A stretch of 58,426 nt of DNA, counting the filler, from Sphacelaria rigidula (Eukaryota): the NCBI GenBank assembly GCA_964200075.2. It is 6 parts of 6 records of this genome, joined end to end, with 100 filler letters (N's around TTAATTAATTAA, not from the genome) between each part and the next. Parts side by side here need not be neighbours in the genome. Positions count along the whole stretch, not along the records: positions 9,756 to 19,410 come from CAXNAA020008022.1; positions 19,511 to 29,164 come from CAXNAA020008023.1; 4 more parts are not named here. The stretch is one strand, 5' to 3'. Position numbers and translations under genes: made by a program. The notes under the pieces are model-generated. The model was not told the DNA's origin. It did no database searches and worked only from the letters and a program-made list of their open reading frames with translations. This document shows positions 10,541-21,568 of the stretch, one piece after another. Position 1 is the first letter of the stretch. The number at the start of each line of letters is the position of its first letter.

Positions 10541-12708
10541 ACGCGGCCATTCGGCTACCTTGTAGAGGAAGTTCCAAACGTCACCCTCGATTCCGTCCGT
10601 TTTGAAATCCCCCCTACAGGATCTTGGGTATTCGTAATCCTCTAGAGGATTTTCAATGTTGGGGCCCTCCAAGGTCTGGGTCAATATTTAAATCCCTGGA
10701 TTGTTCTGGAAGGCACAAGTGCTATGGAAAAATCTGGAATTTATACTGCTTCTGCTATTCGATATAAATCCTACGAATAATAGAGGTCTATGGCAAGAAG
10801 GATTTATTTACAACACTGAGAGGCTGTACAAATCCCATATACACTCGTGGATGTAATTTGTACACCAGAAACTGCTGTCCGAACTAAATCCTCATTTGCC
10901 CGCCAACACTTGAAATAGGCTGGTGGTTATAGTACACAACTTGGACGAACCTCTGACATGTAAGAGTATGTATTGTAGCCTCTGCTAGACTACATGCTAC
11001 AGTTAGTACGCCTTGGTGTATCTTGGCTAGATTATACAGGTTTTCAAACCCCGTAGTCCCGGGTCTACCATTTGTTCGAATGAACACGCGAAAAAATATG
11101 ATCGCGGTTTATTCTATACGTTGATGACGATATGACCATCACAACAACAAGCACGGTTTGGTGCTGTACTGAACTGTACAATACCGTGCAGGACGGCACC
11201 ATATCTTGCTTATCTACGTGCGATGTATTATACTGCAGAGTTAGCGCGGTATATGCGCCACGCATGGCTAACCAAAGTGGATGCCTGTAACTTTGGGTGA
11301 ATAGGGGTGTTATATACCGTCAGGTACTGAGTATGCATCACGACGCCCGTTTTGTAGGCTTTAGTTCCGTATGCGCGCATTAAGTTTAGCTTAATTTCGT
11401 TTCTTTTTAGCTTAAATAGGCCTGTTTAGCGCAAAGCTTATAATCGGCTTAATACGCTCGAGACGAGCATAAGTTGCTTAAAACGCGCACAAAACGCGAA
11501 TAAAGTTGCGATTTGTTTTGCTCGCAAGTGCTCCACGGAGGATAGATAGGTCGGGATCATCACGACATCTGGGACAGAGCCACCAAGAATTATCGGCGTT
11601 AGAACCCAAGCCGAGGGGTGGATATCATCTGGCATCTCCAGGTATCGTGTTTTCGTGATACCTCTCGGGGGTGGAGCGGTTTGCAGCACGATCCACGGCG
11701 GGGAAGAATGCGGCGGAGACGAGGTCGCAAGCACCTGAGGTCGCCCCTCCACGAATGGCCGGTTCGCTGACGGCACCCGGTTGTGATCGTGAAGGAACAA
11801 GGGGCGGGGGGGGCGCACGGAGTGGCAGCGAGGTAGTGTGGGGACGGCGACGGACGACGAGAGAGATATTGTGGCCGCCCATTGCTGGTTCCACAGTTGT
11901 CGTGTAATGCGACGATGTAGAGATCACTCCCGTGTATTACATCAGGTTTTTTGCATAGGCGAAGTAAATGACGGGTGCCTGCGGTGGCTGTGCTTTCCGT
12001 TGCATGAAGGTGTATTCCGAGGCCAACAAAGGTCTGCAGCCTTGGGCTTGCCACGCACACGAGCAGGAGGAGAGGACGCCGCCGTGCCCGAGCAATAAAC
12101 GGTGGGTTTTGAAATTATTGTGCGCTAGAATCTCAACGACAATATGTAGCGTTCAGCTTACCGAAAAATAAGCAATTATTGAATAATAATAATAAATAAA
12201 TACGTACGTACATAGTACCATTCACAAGCACCAAGTTATTAATTGGTCATAATTTACAATTGAGTTTAATATTTATTCCTACATATTTATCCCAGAATTT
12301 ATGAAGGTTAGGGTTTGGGTTAGGCGCACCACGTTTCAATGAATAAATAAGTGAATGAGAAAGTCGAAAGAAAGTCCAACACATCAAACACACACGAACA
12401 ACAAGTTTTTTTGTTTAGTAATCACCAACACAATTAATTGATAAAACGGCGCTTTATGGTCAAATAATTAATAATGAGGTATACTGATACTACTACCGCT
12501 GTGTGCTGCTACAGCTGCTACTATAAGTGACTATAGAGACATAATTATAAGGGTATGGACAACATGAATGGCGAAATGGCGTATGTAGGGCAGATGCTTA
12601 TATCCTCCAATTCACATGGTCCAGAAGCTACGGGACGGTGTTTGGGGTTTGCCGAGTAGGTTGCGAAATGTTCATTGACAGCCTGTCGCTCAACTTCCCC
12701 CCTACCGT

Positions 12709-13580
12709 TAGCCTGGTCCGACGAAACCCGGCGTGCTCTGTCTCGGCTTCGAGGGGGCGGACTCCCTTCGGGGTTGTCCGTCGGTTGACGATGACGCTGT
12801 AAAACACGCCACTCATCGCGTAAGCTAGGCAACCGGGTTACCGACTTTTTGGCGCGCTCGCATGTTTGTTGCGGTAACGATGATGGTGGTCAAGCTAGAT
12901 CATACTGTGCGGGGTGGGAGAACCTTGATTTCGCGCAAACGAGATTATCGTACCACGAAGTGCTCGATTGGTGAGACACCCATGATGCAGGGTATAAGCC
13001 ATGGCTGTCTCTGGAAATGGCGATACCAGAAAATGAAGCAACTCGTTGGAGGCTGTCATCCACATGCGAGATAATCAGTACATCAGTACGCTTCGGGCCG
13101 AGCAGTCTTCGCAGGATGCAGCCCACCCTTCATGCGACTCGTCGATCACACCACGACGCTTCGTGCATGGCGATTGATTGCCAACCTGTGTGTGTTGTGT
13201 TGTCGTCCCTTCTATTCCGGACGCCAGTCTACAACGTTTGGTGTATGTGGGCGCACCAGCCGGGGTCACACAGGAGGAAGGTCAACACAGAGCTTTTTTT
13301 TTCTATTTGTTGTTGGTACGTCACCTTCCTTTTGCGGTGCTTGAGTTTATTTTTTATCGTGAGAGGGGTACAGCAGTCCCTTTTCCCTCGTTGACCGTTG
13401 GGTCGAATTTTGTGTACCCATGACATAGTCCCTCTCCACTGTTGGGCATGGTGTGAGAAAAAATTCCAGATCACTCCGAGCTTTGAACCCACGACCCATC
13501 CGTCTGAAGGATTCGAGGTTACCAACTGAGCCACCGGGGCGCCCGACAGCCTGGTCCGTCGAAAACCCGGCGTACTCACT
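12709..13580 (+). repeat. Old interspersed repeat with recurring motif AGCCTGGTCCnnCGAAAnCCCGGCGT, interrupted by a SINE
   Basis: 12995-13187 plus 13547-13580 is homologous to 28200-28480 (minus). The motif also occurs at 12710-12733 and 35958-35983. Confidence 0.6.
13189..13546 (-). mobile_element. tRNA-derived SINE, family A (copy 2, full length)
   Basis: Minus-strand head GCCCCGGTGGCTCAGTTGGTAAC (A box) and GGGTTCAAAGCTC (B box). Colinear with 24-358. Flanked by CAACCTG and CAGCCTG, a probable target-site duplication. Confidence 0.85.
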
Positions 13581-15420
13581 ACATTCATGGATATCGAAAT
13601 ACATTAAGGAAAACTGATGTAAGTCGGGGGAAACCCCCAACTGGTGCATTGCAACGTTCTCGGATCGCCAAGAGGCGCAGGGCTCGGCAGAAAGTGCTCT
13701 TGTTTCCAAGGGGGTGTAACGGAGGCATAATGTACTCCGTGTCGATATCGACAAACTCGATGCGCGCCGCTGTGGTCGAGAACGGTGCCCGCATGCTATC
13801 TCGGACCGGTTGCCTCAGGTGAACAGTAAAGGTCACGCACAGGCTGTTCTTTGTAGGAATATGCGGCTCGTGTACCCTGTATCGTGAATGCGTGAGATGT
13901 CGTACATTCGTTTTAACCCGTCCCTCGTTCGTGGCGCCAGAATTGCAGAAGTAACCGTGAAACGTTTTTCACTTTCGATCCATGGCATGCTGCAGAGTGG
14001 GGCACGCCGTGCACACGGCTTGGGAGGACAACAAATGACAGCGCCCTTGCGGACGTGTGCGGGCATGGAGAAGCAGTACGAGCAGCAAACAAGAGTCCCC
14101 GGATACCGACGGCGACGCCGGTGTTCGCCTGCAAGGAGGACCGATGCGTGCTATGGGAGCTGTTAACAATAATAGGGGAGTGGCGAAAATGCATGTACAG
14201 ATGATGGAAAGATACGTGAAAGAGGCGGAAGCAGCGTGCGTCCGGGTGTTGCTGCGCATTGTGAAGACTAGCTAGTTTCCGGTGGGACAATCCACAAGAC
14301 TCTGTCGGGCGGTAGCCGGAGAGTGGGTCCACGTATACTACCCTATCCTAGAGGGCACGGGCGCTATTCCAGGCGCTATTCCGAGACCATAATAGCAGCA
14401 GCCTCGTGCTGGGAGAAGCCTCGGCAACTTTCACGTGGTAAGCATTCCTAGGTGTTGGTGGTGAAGTACTATCGCAACGACTTGCTCAAAGAATGAGTAT
14501 TAAAGATATCGGATATACGCTACCGGACCGATCCTTGAAATGTTGAATCTTCTTGCGAAAAGCTGGTACGTTTCACGTACTTTTCCAGCATTTTGCGGCA
14601 TGTGTTGTCGCGCTATTTGAAAATTTGATCGAAAGAGGGTTAATGCTATGCTATCACTACCCACTATTCGGTTTATCGTTCAGGCTCGTCATATATTTAC
14701 ATACGTTTCGATAGTGGTTGGGCTATGTTGTATTGGAGTTGTAACAACCGGTATTATTCTAGCTAGTTTGGCTATCCTTTTTGCGGTAGGAGGTTGACTG
14801 GAGTCTTTGGTATTGGTGTAAGTAGTTTGCCCTGTGTAGATAATTTCTTACTGCTAGTCAACATATCTTTTTTACGTACGCAGCTTCTTTTAACATTCTG
14901 AAGCTATTTACCTGAAGCTATCTAACACGTGCCGTCCCTCCCCCCCCTCCCCCCTGCGCGATGTTCGAATTGAAATCACCAGTTGAAAGTTGAGTTCATC
15001 GCGGATGGTCTCCAGGCTGAAGGTGGACGGAATGGCGAGCAATACAGTAGTCAGCGTCAGAAGAATGCAGAATTAGTAATTTCTTACTTTTTCCAAGATT
15101 TTCCAGATTTGTTTCGCTTGCCACCGCTCATCACAGTGACTGTTGGATGCCAAAAAATGGGCATCTGAAAATATTTTTATCCTCTCGACAAATATCGAAA
15201 GAAAAAATGTCGTCGATCAGTATTGAGTGACTTCGGGGCTTGACCGATCTTCGGGGGTCCTGCGAAAGTGCAACCCCAGGTTCCAGGTTTTTGGTATTTT
15301 CGGTAGACCGACTCGATCCCGATCCTATAAGTGAAGACTCAAAAATGTGTTTTTTTAATTTTATTTCACCTATTCACTGCGCTCCAGCCGGAAAACTATG
15401 TTTCTTGGACCATTCACGGT

Positions 15421-15859
15421 CAATAACACCCTTCTGATAAACGGGGTGTTTACTCCGTATCGCCCCCACAACACCAACTTAGGCATTGTGATTTGAGCAT
15501 GGTCTGCTCATTTCGCCGAAATTATCGACGCTAGCACTCTCGAGTGCTCATGGAGAATGTTGTGCCAAAACCCCCCGAAAAGAGGCCATCCGCAGAAAAT
15601 ACTTAACTGAGGTCTGTGCGGTATAAGTGGGAAACACGATCTCGATCGTTATTGTGAATTGTATACGTATTCATTTATCTGAATATTTACCGTTTCGTTG
15701 CGGAAGAGCCGGAAAACCCTTCTTATTGGAACAAAAACGATCAACAACACCCTCCTGATAAACGGGGTATCTAGTCCGTATCGCCCCAAAAACACCAACT
15801 TGGGCACTGCAGTTTGAGCGCGGCCTACGCTTTCCCCTAAATCTACCGGCGCTAGCACT
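15421..15859 (+). repeat. Direct repeat of about 118 bp (15421-15538 and 15742-15859)
   Basis: CAAyAACACCCTyCTGATAAACGGGGT...CCGTATCGCCCC...AACACCAACTT...CGCTAGCACT occurs twice, 321 bp apart. Confidence 0.8.
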
Positions 15860-17329
15860 TTCCAGAAGTGATGAAGAATAATACTCGAGAAAAAGTCAAG
15901 AACTACAACAACTACGATTTCTGAAGAATTCTGATGCTGACTACTATATCGCTATGCAGGTGGGACGACAACGCCCTTTATTCTACGGGGGTAATGCTCC
16001 TCTTGTATGTATTCTCACGTTCAGTAATCAAGCGCTTCGGCGCACCGCAGGCTCGGTGGTAATTTTGACGTCTTCTGTAAATCCTCTTCACGCCTCGCTC
16101 TTCTCCCCTCTTGCCCTAAAATTGTTCCTTTCGCGATGCTTTCTTCGCGCTTGACGTTTCCGCGGATTTGCCCTTGTTGATCGCCATAATCGGGGCGGGA
16201 CCGGACTCCGGGGTATGTTGCGTTTGACCACCACTATCATCACGTGTGATACTGCTGGGCTCGCTGATCGCCACTCCCGTGTTTGGTCGTGTGTGTGGTC
16301 ATCGCAGAGCGCTTCATCCGAACACTTTCTGAAGGCCCTGAAAATCGCGTTGTCCGCGGATTCAGGGGGAGGTGGGGCGGACGACGATGGCGTGATGCCC
16401 AGCTATGGCATCTCATTCAACTTCTGGCGAAAATCGAGGGTTGGCGAACCCCACCCATACTCCGGTTCAAATAGCGGGATGTTTCTCGGACCCGATGGAC
16501 CTCACGAGGGAAATCACAACAAGGAGTGCCGCAAAAGTACGCTGGGCTCAATAGTCGTCGGCGATTGCCCGAGGCGAACCTGAATGTGCACGAGCAGCAC
16601 CACTGAAAGCCTTTAAAGTGTTTTGCTAGCCTCACCGGTTTGACTCTCGACGCGTTCACCTTCACTACGATCTTGCTGAACGAATTAGAGAACGCCTCCA
16701 TCGACCGGCGTTCATCAGGCTTGATGCTTGGACGCACCAAGGATCACGCCACCTACCGTCAGGCAGCTTGCTGCAATGAAATGTGGGCCTATGAGAGATG
16801 CTTTTGCAGTTCGCCCGTGATGAGGTATTTTGACGCATACGGCATAATGAGCATTCAACACCCCAGCGCTCCTTACCATAGCCTCGCGGGGGGGGAGGGG
16901 GGAAGGGGGACGTGACGATGCGCACCTTGGGATAATGTTTCATATATTGCTCTATCGGCCTCACTTCACATACGGCCTCGTCCCACTTGGCTTGGATATT
17001 TAGTCGAGTGTTGTTTTGTGTGTCTCCGTCGATATTTAGGCGAGTGTTTTTTGAGGTGTTTCCGTCCCCTTTTTTATTTAGTTTGTGATTTTTCCCTGGT
17101 TTCGAATTTGACATTTATTTGTCCTTCGTTTCATCCTGATCCCTTTCTGTATTCGATGGTTTAAATTTTCTTCCCTCTGCGTTGTGCTATCTATCTGAAT
17201 TATTAGGGCCGTCTTGTGATGATAGCTGGGTTCGTCGCGGATCGATTAATGTGTGATAAATCTATCAAATCAATACATTCAAGGAAGGGACTTCATCAAC
17301 TTCAGGCCGGTACCCAGCACACCCCCACC

Positions 17330-17900
17330 TCTCGATAGTGGGGAAGTACCTTGAGTAGATGCTCTTTTTCTTGTTCCTTGAGCGGTACGCACGACAGAAC
17401 AATGACTTCACCGCCCACGGCCCACCTGTACGTGAGAAGCTAAAAAATGACGAGTTTTTGATGCTTCGCAGCCCAAACCGACGATGTTTCGCTGCCTTCG
17501 GATTTACCGCTCGGCCGCGGGTCTGAATAAAACAGCTGACGTGATGAAAACACGTGCTCGTGTATTCACGACTGACTGTCTGTAGCGGTACTGTACTCAT
17601 CGGCCATAATATTGACCGTGCGGGCAAGCGCTTCCTGGTTCTGCAACCGTCAAATTCAAACAACAAATCCTGCTGACTGAACCGTGCTGCCTTGTATCCT
17701 AGGGTACTGAATTATACCGGGATCTTTCTTTGGGTCGGTAGTGATGAAAATACGTTGAAAAAGTCTTATTTTCCATTTCTTGGCCAGTACGCGCAATGGG
17801 TCAATGACTTCACTATCCACGGCCCGCCTTTGCGTCAACACCACAAAAGTGAGGCGATTTCGCTGCCCGCGAATTTGGCGTTCGGCCACGGGTTTGAACA
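17330..17900 (+). repeat. Two tandem copies (17330-17475 and 17683-17900) of the HGPP ex-coding module
   Basis: Translations FFLFLERYARQNNDFTAHGPPVR and YFPFLGQYAQWVNDFTIHGPPLR; a third, inverted copy lies at 10310-10540. Confidence 0.6.
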
Positions 17901-17994
17901 GAAGGGCTGGTGTGAAGGCAACCACATCTAACAACATACCTCTCACCACCGCACAGTACTAGAGGCACAGCAATCAATCAAGCAGACGGACTTG

Positions 17995-18120
17995 TACTTG
18001 TTGTCGTTATTTTTGTTGTCTTCACATTAAAAACCGTTCGGATATCTGCGCGGTACATTCGTATTGGGCATCTGATGCGGACGCCTTCCGTGATCACAGG
18101 CAAGCAAAAAAAAAGAAAAA
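17995..18120 (-). mobile_element. Retroposon 3' end with (AAC)n-type tail, copy 1
   Basis: About 90 bp nearly identical to 28820-28915 (GTCTTCACATTAAAAACCGTTC...GGGCATCTGATGCGGACGCC). Confidence 0.7.
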
Positions 18121-18174
18121 GACCCAGATAAGACAGACCTGTACAATCGCGGTAATTCGAAACAGCACTGAAAA

Positions 18175-18535
18175 AGGTAGTACCCAACCTGCGAATGCAC
18201 TACCTTAAATGTCCCACCATTCAGCACGCGTAAGGTGTACAGACGGTCTTGCCGCATCTCACATCTCACAGCTCACAAGTTGACAGGAGTTGCACTTTGT
18301 AAACAGGTTGATATTTCACATCTCAAAACGCATGCCAAGGGAGGTGTATAGGTAGAACTACCCAATCTGCGAATGCATTACCTTATCATACCCTTCCATT
18401 TAGCAAGCGAAAGCAGGTGTACGGATCGTCTTGCCGCATCTCACAGCTCACAAGTTGAGAGGAGTTGCAAATTGCAGACGGTTCAATACTTCACATAACA
18501 GAACGCATGCAACAAAGGAGAGGTGCATAGGTAGG
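18175..18535 (+). repeat. Tandem repeat, two units of about 175-180 bp
   Basis: AGGTAG...TACCCAAyCTGCGAATGCAyTACCTTA...GTCTTGCCGCATCTCACA...GCTCACAAGTTGAsAGGAGTTGCA occurs twice head to tail. Confidence 0.85.
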
Positions 18536-19410
18536 GAAAAAACTTATGACCAACAAACTCTTGGAATGAAGAGGGTACAACAAGTCCGATAGCAATAGCA
18601 AGCAAGAGTCAAATAAAAAAGAGGAGTGCGGTGTGTTATATAAGCAGCCTCCGTACTTCGACTCATCTCCTAAGCAGTCCTTGTCGTTCAGCCGTCAAAA
18701 ACGCGATACATCCTCAAGCGTTGAACATGAAGCTGAACTCGCGGACTTATAATATCATGTCGCATGGTGCTCGGTACCCCAAAGGGCCGGTGACGTTATA
18801 TTCTGGGTTGATGCCTCTTGAACCTGCCGCCAGAGGAAAGAGCAAGGCTGTAGGCAAGGGTGGTTGATTCAAATCGAACCTACCCATTTTCACTCCAAAA
18901 CATCATCCGGTCACATCCACGCGGATATTTTGATCTATACTTTTTCATTTGAACAATTGCAGTTCACCCCCGGAAAATTTGTACAATTTTCCGATGAGCG
19001 AATGTTGGATTCATCTGTTTGACCTCTTGATACGGTAGACAGAACATCCTACTGCATCGAACGCATACTAAAGCGCTAAAAGCAGAGTCAGTCTTGATCC
19101 CTGAACCATCGACAATTGAGCTTGGACCCCAACGATACCTGAGACACGCCCTGTCAGCGAATGGTATCGAAGTGGGAGATGACCAAACCGACCAACATCG
19201 CAAGCAGTTTCTTCAATGATCGGCACGATTACGTTCGTGAGGAAACTTATACCGAACCTCGTAGAAGTGACTGCGCAGCTCTAAACGTTGGAAGCCTGAA
19301 CATGAGGCAGCCTTGCAGAACATGATGGTTTCTGACTAGCAGACTGAACAGTGTTTTCGTGAGATTGAGAGTAGATGATACGATTGAGAGGGAAAAGCGG
19401 TCAATTAGTG

Positions 19411-19510
19411 NNNNNNNNNNNNNNNNNNNNNNNNNNNNNNNNNNNNNNNNNNNNTTAATTAATTAANNNNNNNNNNNNNNNNNNNNNNNNNNNNNNNNNN
19501 NNNNNNNNNN
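19411..19510. other. Artificial contig spacer
   Basis: N-TTAATTAATTAA-N, 100 bp. Confidence 0.97.
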
Positions 19511-19550
19511 ACAAAGGCAAGCAACAAATGAGTCCCCCCCCCCCCCCCCC
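19511..19550 (+). mobile_element. LINE 3' end with C17 tail at contig start
   Basis: AAGGCAAGCAACAAATGAGT followed by 17 C; same terminus as 27887-27910 and 56594-56615 (minus). Confidence 0.75.
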
Positions 19551-19566
19551 ACTAAACCAGTCACAC

Positions 19567-19867
19567 CTCAAGCAGACGCGTCTTCTCTCTAAGGGGCAGC
19601 GTGTGATACTCTTGCTTGAACAAGTTGCGCCGCGCTCTGATCAGCGCCCGCCCCTGCTCCACCCTCTTCTCTTCGATCTTGGCGGCAGTATCCCGCGCCA
19701 ACTGCCCGCCGCGCCCGGCTTCCTTCGTGCCCGCAGGCGCCGCGGCGGCACAGGATGCCGAGGCCGCGCGGTCGGGCTCGGTGGGGGCAACGGCCCGCGA
19801 GTAGGGGCTCATGTGGGGTAGGGCTATAGCGAGGACGGTTTGCCATGTGAGGGGTGTCACCAGGGAG
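19567..19867 (-). CDS. DDT/WHIM1-domain chromatin protein, exon with WHIM1-like motif (last exon visible in this contig)
   Basis: TAG acceptor (phase 2) and GAG|GTGTGA donor. Encodes SLVTPLTWQTVLAIALPHM...NLFKQEYHTLPLREKTRLLE, resembling the lTWpe and Y-x-x-L-x-x-x-EK motifs that follow DDT domains. Confidence 0.8.
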
Positions 19868-20279
19868 CTAGAGTATTCATGCTGATGAGAGTCCGTGCGT
19901 CTGCTTCTGTTTCATTTTTTTTTTTTGGGGGGGGCAGGGGGGTGGATGGGGGGGGGAAGTAAAATGAACACGGCAAATATGAAGGACAAAATATATATTG
20001 AGTAGGAACAACGACGTAGCACAACACGACTCTCATTACTCACAGAGGAGGAAAAATCTAAATCTGAAAACAGACGAACCGACGGACTAAAGGAAGAGGA
20101 GGAAACCACACGCACGCAGAACATACACTGAGACGACTCTGATAAAATCAAGCCCAAAACAGCACATGAAAGAAGAGATGCATTTACCGTCACGCTCCCA
20201 GTCACACCCAGCCAACTATACACACAAGAGACATGAGCACGCGTAAAAGCACGACCACCACACACACACACACACACAC

Positions 20280-20708
20280 CTGGGGGGCAACAAGCGCGTT
20301 GCCAGGTCCGCCAGCTCTTGCTCCTCCCTAGTCATATTCGCATCTTCCCCCGCGCCCCCGCCCCCGCCCCCGCCCCCGCCGCCTCCCCCACCACCCGCCA
20401 CCCCCAGCCCTTGGAGCATACGACGACGGTGATGCGACTTGATGACATTGCCCTTGCTCTTGGGAGAAGCAGGAGCAGTGCCGGCTGCCTTGACCGGCGT
20501 TTGCTTGGTAGTGGTAGTGCCGGTGCCGGTAGCGCCGGCGCCGCTCCCACCCTCCGGGGCTGATGAATTAGAACCGGCAGCCAGGTCAGTGGCGGTGCTG
20601 TCGCTGGTGTTGGCCGGGGCTTTGGTGCCCAAGAGCTTGGGGTTGGTGGTTGGATCAGCAGGATTCCCTAGCGTATCTGGGTTCAGGTTCTTGGGGAATT
20701 TCCCGTCA
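20280..20708 (-). CDS. DDT/WHIM1-domain protein, low-complexity linker exon
   Basis: Open frame DGKFPKNLNPDTLG...EEQELADLATRLLPP. TAG acceptor at 20709-20711 and AG|GTGTGT donor are both phase 2, matching the neighbouring exons. Confidence 0.75.
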
Positions 20709-21056
20709 CTATCGGGTAGTGGTGGTTTGTTGGTGTGAGAAGATTATGTCGTCGGTAGTTGAGAACGGGAGAGGTGAGTGCGGCCAGGAAAGACGGCAGG
20801 GAGGAGGGGAAGATAATGGGTTGGGTGGCGGTGTTACTTTCGGAACAGTTCATTTATCCAACACATGCTTTGTTGTTGTGCCCAGGTGTCACCAAATCTC
20901 CCAGTGATCGTCGCGCTTGGACCTCTTCGGGGCTGAGGTCGCTAGTTACGAGTCGGTGTGGACGGGCTGGCGCGGGTGGTAATTGATCTGATTTTTTTTT
21001 ATTGCCGCACTTTTAACTGACCACCCATAGGTCCAGTCGTGGTCGCATGACGTGGT

Positions 21057-21147
21057 GGGGTGTACTTATATGTTGCTTGCGTCATTTGATCAGTGACCAC
21101 ACATTACTCGCGAGATGGAGCACCGTTCCTACCCCTAATAGAGACAC
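21057..21147 (-). mobile_element. Old 5'-truncated LINE 3' end in an intron
   Basis: GGAGCACCGTTCCTACCCCTAATAGAGACAC matches 56655-56686. The minus strand ends GCAAGCAACATATAAGTACACCCC. Confidence 0.75.
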
Positions 21148-21371
21148 GCGCGCGCGGGGGAGGGAAGATCGGAATGTGGCTTCACCAACCCGACCTCACG
21201 AGACTGTCATTTGGATAATGACCACATATCCTGTAAAAGGGCCTCCGGAAAGTTTCTGGCTGATCCTAGTGGGTGAGATTTAGCCCGTCAGGTACGGGCT
21301 CGGCCAGCCTAGACCCGAATTTGTGGTTTGTAGACCCCGTCTCCTCTCTACTTTGGGAGTTGTAGTTTCAA

Positions 21372-21568
21372 ATTTGGTACGGAGAAAGAATAGGGCATGC
21401 TAAAAAAGTGTCGAGCAGCACGTTGAGTTTGTTTGTTTTTCGTGAATTAGTGCCATTTTTCTGATCTCAACCATCGGAAAAATGCCGTTAACTCACAAGA
21501 AGAAAAAAAATATCAATGTGTTGCTTGACACTTTTTTTAGCATGCCCTATTCTTTCTCCGTACCAAAT
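21372..21568. repeat. 197-bp intronic palindrome (foldback/MITE or hairpin RNA)
   Basis: ATTTGGTACGGAGAAAGAATAGGGCATGCTAAAAAAGTGTC pairs with GACACTTTTTTTAGCATGCCCTATTCTTTCTCCGTACCAAAT (one indel). The inner arms pair imperfectly down to a loop of about 7 nt. Confidence 0.85.

Noticed and set aside
13470-13546. tRNA genes here and at 290-358, 3917-3975 and 46903-46965
   Set aside because: A and B boxes are present but no complete cloverleaf, and each continues into a shared 250-300-bp body, which makes them SINE heads.
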